DNA of 13,473 bases. Origin: Candidatus Cloacimonadota bacterium (GTDB taxonomy: Bacteria > Cloacimonadota > Cloacimonadia > Cloacimonadales > WRIO01). The position numbers and the translations under genes are program-made. Below the pieces are notes generated by a model that ran no database searches, was not told where the DNA came from, and worked only from the letters and a program-made list of their open reading frames with translations. The stretch's first letter is position 1; each line of letters starts with the position of its first letter. Below, one piece after another: positions 1 to 8,208 of this stretch. The stretch is taken from positions 1 to 13,473 of the forward strand of contig JAKQQL010000297.1 in NCBI GenBank assembly GCA_029564175.1, read 5' to 3'.

Positions 1-492
1 AATTGGTGCATGCTGCATTTTATTGAAAATAATGGTATGGCATTTGGCATGGAAATGGGCGGCAAGACAGGAAAGATCCTCTTAAGCCTTTTTAGGATAT
101 TTGCAATTATTGCAATATCCTGGTTTCTTTATTCACTTATCAGTAAAAAAGCATATTCTGGTCTTATATTTGCAGTCAGTGCCATTCTTGCAGGCGCAAT
201 TGGAAATATGATCGATTCTGCCTTTTATGGTATGATCTTCACCGAGAGTTATTCCCAGCCCGCAATTATGTTTTCCGGGGAAGGAGGATATTCATCATTT
301 CTGCAGGGGAAGGTTGTTGATATGTTTTATTGTCCTATTATAAATACCCGGTGGCCTGATTGGTCACCTTTCAGAGCAGGAGAATCATTAATTTTTTTCA
401 GACCGATATTCAATATAGCTGATTCGGCAATTACCTGTGGTGTGCTTTCGATCCTGCTGTTCCAGAAAAGAATGTTCCGGGATTTCAATTAA
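1..492 (+). CDS. lspA: Lipoprotein signal peptidase (signal peptidase II), 5'-truncated by window edge
   Basis: Frame is open from base 1 (N-W-C-M-L-H-F), so the ATG at 10 is internal. Motifs ENNGMAFG, GAIGNMID, VVDMF and PIFNIADSAI are LspA hallmarks, with the long insertion typical of Bacteroidota LspA. Confidence 0.95.
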   Translation, partial: NWCMLHFIENNGMAFGMEMGGKTGKILLSLFRIFAIIAISWFLYSLISKKAYSGLIFAVSAILAGAIGNMIDSAFYGMIFTESYSQPAIMFSGEGGYSSFLQGKVVDMFYCPIINTRWPDWSPFRAGESLIFFRPIFNIADSAITCGVLSILLFQKRMFRDFN

Positions 493-735
493 AAGTAAGG
501 GAGTCAACTTTCGAACAACAATAAATCATTATTTACTGCATTCTTTAATACAATTAAGTAAGGTTCCCGGATTCTTACATTTTAAGAAATAAGAGATGTT
601 TCTTCCCTTCCGTTTGAAAGACATAGTCATAGAATTTTCAAAATTTTTAAGATTAAGATCTTTATATTTGACAGGCATGGTACCATGATTTGACAACAAA
701 TCACCAGAGGGAGCAAAGTGTTGAAGTGAAATTGC

Positions 736-743
736 TATATTTG
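736..743 (+). promoter_or_regulatory. Candidate Bacteroidota sigma-A -7 element (TATATTTG) for the polyprenyl synthase
   Basis: Exact TAnnTTTG match 16 bp before the ATG at 760. A second identical TATATTTG lies at 663-670. No well-spaced -33 TTTG seen. Confidence 0.5.
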
Positions 744-759
744 AACAAATAAGAAGTCT

Positions 760-1734
760 ATGTCGGTCCTAGACGAAATCAGAAAACCGGTTGAAAAGGA
801 GATGAATGAATTTGAATCGTACTTCAACAGGACCATGCAAAGCAATATCCCTCTTCTTAAAATAATTCTCAATTATATATTGCGACGAAAAGGGAAACAG
901 ATGAGACCTCTGCTTGTATTCCTCACCGCAGGACTTAACGGAAAAATTGCAGAATCGACATATGTGGCTGCTACATTGATTGAACTTCTTCATACGGCTT
1001 CTCTTGTACATGATGATGTTGTTGATGATGCAAATGAAAGAAGGGGAGCTCTGTCAATAAAAGCCTTGTGGAATTCAAAAATCGCAGTCCTCGTTGGTGA
1101 TTATATGCTTGCACAGGGGTTAATTATAAGTCTTGAAAAATCAAAATTTGAAATGCTTGAAATTGTCTCGGAGGCTGTAAAGGCGATGACAGAAGGGGAA
1201 CTGCTTCAACTTCAAAAATCAAGGAAGTTGAACATAAAAGAGCCGGATTATTATAAAATAATCATGAGCAAAACAGCAGCGCTTGTTGCAGCCTGTACAG
1301 CAACTGGCGCCCGGTCGGCAACTGAAAATTCTGACATTATCCAGCAGATGAAAGAATTTGGTGAAAATATCGGAATTGCATTCCAGATAAGGGATGATCT
1401 CCTTGATTATGAAACTAATGGGCTAACGGGTAAAATAGTTGGAAACGATATCAAGGAGAGAAAACTGACATTACCTTTAATCCATGCCCTGGAAATTGCT
1501 TCTTCGTCACAGAAAAAAAAGGTAATGGCCATCGTAAAAAGAAAGAAGAAAACGAAGGATGAAATTAAAGAAGTAATTGATTTTGTCTCTGCTTCCGGAG
1601 GCTTGGAATATGCAGAACTTAAAATGAACTTGTTCCGCGACAAAGCTCTGGCAATTCTTGATTCATATCAGGACTGTGATTATAAAAATTCGCTGAAAAA
1701 ATTCATTTATTATACTACTTCCAGGAATAAATGA
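760..1734 (+). CDS. ispB: Long-chain trans-polyprenyl diphosphate synthase (octaprenyl/heptaprenyl-PP synthase, IspB-like)
   Basis: GKQMRP, first Asp-rich motif HTASLVHDDVVD followed by RRG, KTA, second motif FQIRDDLLD, and GNDIKERKLTLP. Small residues (A,S) at -5/-4 before the first motif indicate a long-chain product. Confidence 0.9.
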   Translation: MSVLDEIRKPVEKEMNEFESYFNRTMQSNIPLLKIILNYILRRKGKQMRPLLVFLTAGLNGKIAESTYVAATLIELLHTASLVHDDVVDDANERRGALSIKALWNSKIAVLVGDYMLAQGLIISLEKSKFEMLEIVSEAVKAMTEGELLQLQKSRKLNIKEPDYYKIIMSKTAALVAACTATGARSATENSDIIQQMKEFGENIGIAFQIRDDLLDYETNGLTGKIVGNDIKERKLTLPLIHALEIASSSQKKKVMAIVKRKKKTKDEIKEVIDFVSASGGLEYAELKMNLFRDKALAILDSYQDCDYKNSLKKFIYYTTSRNK

Positions 1735-1746
1735 ATTTGCCTGTTT

Positions 1747-3030
1747 TCAGACAGCAGCTTCCAGTTTAATCTTGGCAACCTTATTCATGTCAGAATCATA
1801 ATACCTTGATCCCAGATAGAACAATACTGCTCCTATAATAAGAACAAACGGAAGTATTGAAAGAGCTGTTTCAATATTCGATTTATCATAAATCCTTCCT
1901 AGTACTACCGGAGCCATTGATGATCCCAGAAGATTCTGAATAATTACAGCAATAGCGTACGATGTTGCCCGGAGACCAGGATGAATGACATCCTGGGTTA
2001 CAGAAATAGAACCGGCCAGAAAACATGTGACAGATACTCCAACTAAAAGAAAGGCAATATACTGGATTGATCCGTTTAATCGTAAAGCTATAAACAGTAT
2101 AACCGCTGTAAAAAGTGTTGAAATAGCAGGAAAAAGCAATCTGGCATTCTTCTGTCTTTTATGCCATGCGTCAGTCAGAAACCCACCCACTGGTGCTCCA
2201 ACAACAGCAAGTACCATAACAAGGCTTGCGTTTCTTGCTGCAACATCCATTGGCTGCCCATTTACATTCTGAAAATATGTTGATAACCAGGTAATCAGTG
2301 ATGTTGTCACAAAAACCACAGCTGCAATACCAAAATAAGTATATATAACAGACAGACGAGTCGTAAACTCACGTATCATATCCTTTCTATCCATTTTAAC
2401 CTTCCGTGAATTCCTGTCAAAAAATGCCAGATCAACTGTCTTATAATCTTTAATAAACAGAAACAATATTGCAATAATTAATCCGGGTATAGCCACAATA
2501 CCAAAAGCATACTTCCATCCAAGCTTGACTGCAATCAGTCCGCCAAGCAAATGACCGATAGCTGTTCCGACAGGAATTGATGCGTTCCAAAGGCCCATCA
2601 TTCTTGAACGCTTTTCCTGAGGGTAAAGTCCTGAAATTACTGCACTGCCGCCCGGAGCATAGCCAGCTTCTCCTATTCCGATAAACATCCGTGCCATAAA
2701 AAGCTGTATGTAATTTCCTGTAAATGCGCACAAAGCTGTTGCTACACTCCACATTATTGCCATTATTCCAATCATCTTTGTCCTGCTCCACCTGTCAACC
2801 AACAAAGACACAGGGAAAGTAAGCAATACTATTGCCCAGTAAACTGCCGAGACAAGCATACCGCTCTGTGCATGAGTTATGCCCCAGTCTTTCTCAATAG
2901 CCGGAAACATTGATGTAATAACCATCCTGTCGATATAATCAAACATATATAACAGAAAAAGCAAAATGAAAATGTAGTTTGAATATCTCTTTGAAAAGAG
3001 ATAACCATCGGCTGTTCCAGAATTTTTCAT
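1747..3030 (-). CDS. MFS transporter (spinster-like), substrate unknown
   Basis: 427 aa with about 12 hydrophobic segments. TM1 DYIDR, motif A-like LVDRWSR, ARMFIGIGEAG, and second-half GGFLTDAW. Confidence 0.9.
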   Translation of the reverse strand: MKNSGTADGYLFSKRYSNYIFILLFLLYMFDYIDRMVITSMFPAIEKDWGITHAQSGMLVSAVYWAIVLLTFPVSLLVDRWSRTKMIGIMAIMWSVATALCAFTGNYIQLFMARMFIGIGEAGYAPGGSAVISGLYPQEKRSRMMGLWNASIPVGTAIGHLLGGLIAVKLGWKYAFGIVAIPGLIIAILFLFIKDYKTVDLAFFDRNSRKVKMDRKDMIREFTTRLSVIYTYFGIAAVVFVTTSLITWLSTYFQNVNGQPMDVAARNASLVMVLAVVGAPVGGFLTDAWHKRQKNARLLFPAISTLFTAVILFIALRLNGSIQYIAFLLVGVSVTCFLAGSISVTQDVIHPGLRATSYAIAVIIQNLLGSSMAPVVLGRIYDKSNIETALSILPFVLIIGAVLFYLGSRYYDSDMNKVAKIKLEAAV

Positions 3031-3062
3031 AAGACTTTTTTAAAATCTTATACCAAATAAAT

Positions 3063-3070
3063 CAAAATTA
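3063..3070 (-). promoter_or_regulatory. Candidate -7 element (TAATTTTG on - strand) for the MFS gene
   Basis: + strand CAAAATTA reads TAATTTTG on the - strand, about 32 bp upstream of the MFS ATG. No -33 element seen. Confidence 0.35.
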
Positions 3071-3219
3071 ATGTTGGATATTTTTTTATGTTAATTTTTA
3101 AGTCTTTATACTTATTTCTGATTATCTTGGAAAATGGTTTTCATGTTATTTAAAGCTTATATTAACAGTTACAATGGTAAACTTTAAGCAAATTAAATTT
3201 AAAACAAAAAAGCTCTTGA

Positions 3220-3251
3220 TTTGCTAAAGGAGATGATATTAATTATATTTC
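3220..3251 (+). promoter_or_regulatory. Candidate Bacteroidota promoter for the thioesterase/AKR genes
   Basis: TTTG (3220-3223), 20 bp spacer, TATATTTC (3244-3251, one mismatch to TAnnTTTG). Confidence 0.4.
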
Positions 3252-3354
3252 CGGACAGTGTATTCTGATGTTTTACATTTAATAATATTCATAAATTTCA
3301 TGTGGGGTTAAAAAAATTCTTTGAAAAATATCTTAAGTAGAATCGGAGAACATA

Positions 3355-3765
3355 ATGACTGAAAATAAAGAATATATACATGCAATTGAATTTGGCGTCA
3401 GGGATTACGAATGCGATATTCAGGGAGTAGTAAATAACGCAAACTATCAGCATTATCTTGAACATGCAAGGCATGAATTTCTGATCTCCAGGGATATAAG
3501 TTTTTCTGCACTTCATAATGAAGGAATAGATCTAATAGTATCGAGGATAGAGATAAACTATAAATATCCTTTAAGAAGTCATGATAAATTTGTTGTAAAA
3601 TCAGTAATACAAAAAGAAGGAAATGTAAAACTTGTATTTATCCAGGACATTTACAGACAACCTGATGAAAAATTAATTGTACAGGCAAAGGTTACATGCG
3701 CGGCAGTTAAAAATGGAAAACCTATTCGTCCTGAAGCAATATTCGAAAAATTAAAATTAACGTGA
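3355..3765 (+). CDS. Acyl-CoA thioesterase, 4HBT/YbgC/FadM hot-dog fold
   Basis: VRDYECDIQGVVNNANYQHYLEHAR matches the D-x-x-G-V-V-N-N-x-x-Y signature. Length 136 aa. Confidence 0.92.
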   Translation: MTENKEYIHAIEFGVRDYECDIQGVVNNANYQHYLEHARHEFLISRDISFSALHNEGIDLIVSRIEINYKYPLRSHDKFVVKSVIQKEGNVKLVFIQDIYRQPDEKLIVQAKVTCAAVKNGKPIRPEAIFEKLKLT

Positions 3766-3781
3766 CTTTAAACTTGTTACT

Positions 3782-4684
3782 ATGAATAAGAAAAAAATCA
3801 CAAGAAGAGAATTTGTCTCATACGCAGCAGCCGGAACCGGCACTCTGCTGATTGGCGATTTTATGGGATATACTCCTATAGCAGAGCAGGCAAATCCTCT
3901 GAGACAAATAACACTTGGAAAAACCGGAATAAAAACAACCCTGCTTGGAATGGGAACCGGATACAATGGTTATAATAACAGTTCAAGTATTACAAGATCT
4001 GGTATAGCAGAAAAAATTATAAAATATGCCTACGACAAAGGTATTCGCTTCTTTGACTGTGCAGATAACTATGGAACACATACCTATACTGCAAAGGCTC
4101 TAAAAGGGATCCCAAGAGAAAATTATATAATTAATACAAAAATTATGCTTAACCAGAAAGCTCTTTCGGACCCCAAAATTTCGGATGCCAATTTAATTAT
4201 TGATCGTTTCAGAAAAGAACTTAATACTGATTATATCGATATCGTACAACTGCACCTTATGACAAGCGGTAGCTGGACTGATGAATATAAGCGACAAATG
4301 GACGTACTCGATTCACTTAAAGCCAAAGGCATTATTCGTGCGCACGGTGCTTCTATCCACTCCCTTCCGGCAATGGAAGCCGCTGCAGCCAGTCCCTGGG
4401 TTGATGTGATACATGTTCGTATTAATCCCTTTGGCGCCTCAATGGACACACCTAAACCGGAAGCAGTTACACCTGTAATAGAAAAACTTCATAAAGCAGG
4501 TAAAGGCGTTATAGCAATGAAGGTCTTCGGTAGCGGCAGCTTTAAAAATGAACCCGAAAAACTTGACGAGTCTCTGAAGTTTGTACTAGGCCTTGGTACT
4601 GTCGATATGATAATAATCGGATTTGAACAACTCGAACAGATCGATAATTGTATGGAAAGAATGAAAAAAGTTTTAAAATCGTGA
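3782..4684 (+). CDS. Aldo/keto reductase with N-terminal twin-arginine (Tat-like) leader
   Basis: LGKTGIKTTLLGMGT, FFDCADNYG (catalytic D,Y), INTK (K), LNTDYIDIVQLH (H), and GKGVIAMK. N-terminus KKITRREFVSYAAAGTG resembles S/T-R-R-x-F-L. Confidence 0.9.
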   Translation: MNKKKITRREFVSYAAAGTGTLLIGDFMGYTPIAEQANPLRQITLGKTGIKTTLLGMGTGYNGYNNSSSITRSGIAEKIIKYAYDKGIRFFDCADNYGTHTYTAKALKGIPRENYIINTKIMLNQKALSDPKISDANLIIDRFRKELNTDYIDIVQLHLMTSGSWTDEYKRQMDVLDSLKAKGIIRAHGASIHSLPAMEAAAASPWVDVIHVRINPFGASMDTPKPEAVTPVIEKLHKAGKGVIAMKVFGSGSFKNEPEKLDESLKFVLGLGTVDMIIIGFEQLEQIDNCMERMKKVLKS

Positions 4685-4758
4685 TTATAATTATAAACAT
4701 AATCTACTTAAGATTCTTCACAAATAAGTAATTCACCCTAATTAACCAAATAATTATT

Positions 4759-5667
4759 ATGAACACAAACAAATTATTCTTAATGATAGCTGTTATATCC
4801 TTCATCTTTTGTAATGTTAAGGCGCAGGAAACCACCGGTCTGGAAGGAATTATTAAAGAAGGTGCCGTCCTGGAAAAGCTTGCAGACGGATTTGATTTTA
4901 CTGAAGGTCCGACAATCGATAAAAAAGGAAATATTTATTTTACCGATCAACCTAATAACAGAATAATGGTTTACAATTTTAAAACAGGCCTTTCAGTGTA
5001 TTTGGAGCCAGCTCTTAGGTCTAATGGACTCTTTATGGACAAAAAAGGATATCTGTGGTCCTGTGCTGATGAAAAAAATCAAATTATTCGTATTTCTCCT
5101 AAGAAAAAAGTTGAAATTATTTCCGGAACTTTCGATGGAAAACCATATAACGGCCCTAATGATATCTGGATAACTTCGACCGGACACATATATTTTACCG
5201 ATCCCTTTTATGTACGTAAGTACTGGAATCATACAAATATGCCACAGGATAAGGAATGCGTTTATTATATACAGCCCGACATGAAAACTGTAATACGTGT
5301 TGTAGATGATCTTCGCGGTCCTAATGGAATTATAAGCACTCCGGATGGGAAAAAACTGTATGTCGCTGATATAAAAGACAATAAAACATGGTCTTATACT
5401 ATAAATCCAGACGGATCCTTAACTGATAAAACTCTCTTTTGCGAAATGGGATCAGATGGTATAACATTAGATTCAGAAGGTAACCTGTATCTAACCGGAA
5501 GAGGTGTAACAATCTTTGATAAAACCGGCCGGAGATTAGGAAACATTAGTGTGCCCGAAGGCTGGACAAGTAATGTTTGCTTTGGCGATAAGGACAAAAA
5601 AAGTCTCATTATAACTGCCAGTAAAGGAATTTATAGGATCAAGACAAAAGTTAAAGCAGGCTATTAG
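4759..5667 (+). CDS. SMP-30/gluconolactonase/LRE family beta-propeller, secreted
   Basis: FTEGP, IYFTD, SNGL, PND, YFTDP, PNGI, DG and SNVCFG motifs. Sec signal peptide MNTNKLFLMIAVISFIFCNVKA|Q with Gln at +1 (Bacteroidota Q-rule). Confidence 0.92.
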   Translation: MNTNKLFLMIAVISFIFCNVKAQETTGLEGIIKEGAVLEKLADGFDFTEGPTIDKKGNIYFTDQPNNRIMVYNFKTGLSVYLEPALRSNGLFMDKKGYLWSCADEKNQIIRISPKKKVEIISGTFDGKPYNGPNDIWITSTGHIYFTDPFYVRKYWNHTNMPQDKECVYYIQPDMKTVIRVVDDLRGPNGIISTPDGKKLYVADIKDNKTWSYTINPDGSLTDKTLFCEMGSDGITLDSEGNLYLTGRGVTIFDKTGRRLGNISVPEGWTSNVCFGDKDKKSLIITASKGIYRIKTKVKAGY

Positions 5668-5761
5668 GCCTATTCCTTTTTAAAATATCATTATACACAT
5701 AATTTGCTTTATTTATAACAGAAAAGTATTTCTATTATCACTATCTTATTAAATATATCGT

Positions 5762-5986
5762 ATGGATTCTCTTATTAGAACAATTGTCTTAGATGGAACT
5801 CGCAGAGCGGATATTCGCCCGGGAAGTACAGTTTTAGTTGAACTGACTGAAGATAAACGGACAGGAAAACTGACCGGAGGAAAGGTGCAGGAAGTATTGA
5901 CAACTTCACCAAATCATCCTCATGGAATAAAAGTCAGGCTTGAAAGCGGGCAAATAGGGAGAATTAAACAAATCATTCAAAAATAG
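5762..5986 (+). CDS. YwbE family (DUF2196) small protein of unknown function
   Basis: RADIRPG, TGKLTGGKVQEVLT and SPNHPHGIKVRLESGQIGRI match the YwbE pattern HPHGIKVRL. Confidence 0.85.
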   Translation: MDSLIRTIVLDGTRRADIRPGSTVLVELTEDKRTGKLTGGKVQEVLTTSPNHPHGIKVRLESGQIGRIKQIIQK

Positions 5987-6032
5987 AGTCTTACCTGAAC
6001 TTAACTTATATTGATTTTTCATTATTTTGTTA

Positions 6033-6065
6033 TTTGCCAATCATTCAAAAAATTAACTAATTTTG
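6033..6065 (+). promoter_or_regulatory. Bacteroidota sigma-A consensus promoter for pfk-HAD
   Basis: TTTG (6033-6036), 21 bp spacer, TAATTTTG (6058-6065). Full match to TTTG-N19-21-TAnnTTTG, about 50 bp upstream of the ATG at 6115. Confidence 0.65.
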
Positions 6066-6114
6066 GTACTTTAAAAGCATTGTTTGGGCTTTAAAGAAAT
6101 CAAATAAGGAAAAT

Positions 6115-7440
6115 ATGAAATACGATGATTTTCTGGTAAAGAACCTGGGAAAAGGAAATGTTATTTCTCCTCTGAAACATAGTCCGCGGCCTGATAGGCC
6201 TGTTTACAAGTTTGTTGATGATGATGACAGAATTATTTATGATACTTCTGTCGCTAGTTTCATTAAATACAAAGAAAGCGGAGAAATGCCCGTTTCTTTT
6301 GAGAAAGCTGGTCCAAAAGAGAATATATTCTTTGAACCGGCAAAAACAAAAGTTGCAATTGTCACATGCGGCGGACTTTGTCCAGGAGTCAATAATGTTA
6401 TCAGAAGTCTTGTTAACCAGCTGTATTACAGGTATGGAATAAACAGAATACTTGGCATAAAATACGGCTATCAGGGTCTGGTCTCAAAATATAATCATCC
6501 CGTTGTGGAACTTACACCTTCAATGGTAAGAGGTATACATTTATTGGGTGGTACAATCCTTGGAACTTCAAGAGGCAATCAGAACATCTCGGAAATGGTT
6601 GACACACTGGAGATTCTTAATATAAATGTTCTTTTTTGCATAGGAGGTGACGGAACGCTAAAGGGAGCACATGCTATTTTCAAAGAAATTGAAAAAAGAA
6701 ACTTAAGGATTTCTGTTGCCGGCATTCCTAAAACAATTGATAATGATATTGACCTTATCCAAAAATCATTTGGGTTTGAAACGGCATTTTCAATTGCAAA
6801 CGACATAATTCGAAACGCCCATAATGAAGCACACGGAGCAAATAATGGAATTGCACTGGTAAAACTTATGGGCCGTGATTCGGGTTTTATTGCTGCAAGT
6901 GCCGCTCTTGCAATTCAGGAAGTTAATTTTGTTCTAGTACCTGAAATAGCTTTTGACCTTTACGGACCCAGAGGTTTTCTTAAAATACTGCACAAACGAC
7001 TGAAAGAAAGACATCATGCGGTGATAGTTGTTGCAGAAGGAGCAGGTCAGGACTTATTTGAAGATGGCGACCAGGAACTGGATGAATCAGGTAATATCAA
7101 ACATAAAGATATTGGTGTTTTCCTCAAGGAAAAGATCGAGGAAGAATTCAATTCAAAAGGATTTCCTTTTTCAATTAAATACATTGACCCAAGCTACATC
7201 GTTAGAAGCGCACCAGCCAATGCCAACGATAGTAAATTCTGCAATCTTCTTGCACAAAACGCAGTTCATGCCGCTCTTTCAGGAAAAACAGATTTTGTTG
7301 TCGGATACTGGAATGATGAATTCACCTTGCTCCCGATTCCAATGGCGGTAGCAAAAAGAAAAAAGATGGACATCGACGGTGAGCTCTGGTGGAATGTTCT
7401 TGAAGCAACGGGACAGCCAATAAGCATGAAAAATCCTTAA
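6115..7440 (+). CDS. pfkA: 6-phosphofructokinase, ATP-dependent clade-X type (PPi-PFK lineage)
   Basis: FEKAGP, TCGGLCPG, GGTILGTSRG, IGGDGT, PKTIDND, MGRDSGFIA and KYIDPSY. Length 441 aa with an N-terminal extension. Confidence 0.92.
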   Translation: MKYDDFLVKNLGKGNVISPLKHSPRPDRPVYKFVDDDDRIIYDTSVASFIKYKESGEMPVSFEKAGPKENIFFEPAKTKVAIVTCGGLCPGVNNVIRSLVNQLYYRYGINRILGIKYGYQGLVSKYNHPVVELTPSMVRGIHLLGGTILGTSRGNQNISEMVDTLEILNINVLFCIGGDGTLKGAHAIFKEIEKRNLRISVAGIPKTIDNDIDLIQKSFGFETAFSIANDIIRNAHNEAHGANNGIALVKLMGRDSGFIAASAALAIQEVNFVLVPEIAFDLYGPRGFLKILHKRLKERHHAVIVVAEGAGQDLFEDGDQELDESGNIKHKDIGVFLKEKIEEEFNSKGFPFSIKYIDPSYIVRSAPANANDSKFCNLLAQNAVHAALSGKTDFVVGYWNDEFTLLPIPMAVAKRKKMDIDGELWWNVLEATGQPISMKNP

Positions 7441-7441
7441 T

Positions 7442-8062
7442 ATGATTAAGAATATAATCTTTGACCTGGGGAATGTTTTAATCAGTTTCAGGCCTGCTGA
7501 ATATTTGGAAAAGAATAATTACCCTTTAAGTATCAGAGACGTTATTCTTAACGATATTTTCCGCAGTAGAGAATGGGCAATGATAGATAACGGAAGTATT
7601 ACAACAGCTGAGGCTATAGATATCCTCTCGGTAAAATCATCGCTTAAAAAGCCTGAAATAGCCCAAATTTTTGATTTACGTACAGATATTATGTTCCCTC
7701 TTGAAAAAAATGCCCGTCTTCTTCCTGTTTTTAAAGAACAAAATTTCGGCTTATATTTTCTATCAAACTTTCCCCAGGATATTTTTGGGGAAATAAAAAG
7801 CTCCTTTGAATTTTTCACATATTTCGATGGAGGAATAATATCAGCTAAAGTGAAGTGCTCCAAACCGGATCCAAATATTTACAGAATCCTCGCAGAAAAA
7901 TACAAATTGAAATTTAGTGAATGTCTTTTCATCGATGACTTTGAAGGGAACACCAGGGCAGCAGAAAATCTCGGAATGAACGTGTTTTATACAGCAGGTT
8001 CAACTGATATAGCAGAGGATCTGAAAATTTCTTTCCCCCAGCTTTTCCGGAAAGATAAATAA
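7442..8062 (+). CDS. HAD-superfamily phosphatase (YihX-like, subfamily IA)
   Basis: Motif I IIFDLGNVL, motif II LSN, motif III SKP, motif IV FIDD. ATG lies 1 bp after the pfk stop. Confidence 0.9.
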   Translation: MIKNIIFDLGNVLISFRPAEYLEKNNYPLSIRDVILNDIFRSREWAMIDNGSITTAEAIDILSVKSSLKKPEIAQIFDLRTDIMFPLEKNARLLPVFKEQNFGLYFLSNFPQDIFGEIKSSFEFFTYFDGGIISAKVKCSKPDPNIYRILAEKYKLKFSECLFIDDFEGNTRAAENLGMNVFYTAGSTDIAEDLKISFPQLFRKDK

Positions 8063-8208
8063 GAAAATTTATATGTCTCAGGCTTAAAATTACAAGGGGG
8101 TTCGCAGAAGTCAGAAAAATATTGAATTCTCATGAAGTAAAGCTGTAGTAATATCAATATATTTAATTATATATCAACTGTTTGTAAGCAGGTAAAATAT
8201 TTTGAAAT

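Noticed and set aside
596..688. 30-aa + strand ORF (MFLPFRLKDIVIEFSKFLRLRSLYLTGMVP) in the lspA-ispB spacer
   Set aside because: No recognisable motif, overlaps promoter-like elements and the opposite-strand small ORF, and its length is compatible with chance.
1735..1746. Expected bidirectional terminator between convergent ispB and MFS
   Set aside because: The gap is only 12 bp and has no GC hairpin with a U-tract.
3031..3354. AT-rich spacer as possible oriC or ncRNA
   Set aside because: No cluster of DnaA boxes (TTATCCACA-like) and no recognisable RNA structure. It is explained as a divergent promoter region.
8063..8208. Convergent HAD/uvrC spacer with A/T palindromes as possible terminator or dif-like site
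   Set aside because: Only low-complexity A/T symmetry. No stable stem and no convincing XerC/D arms.
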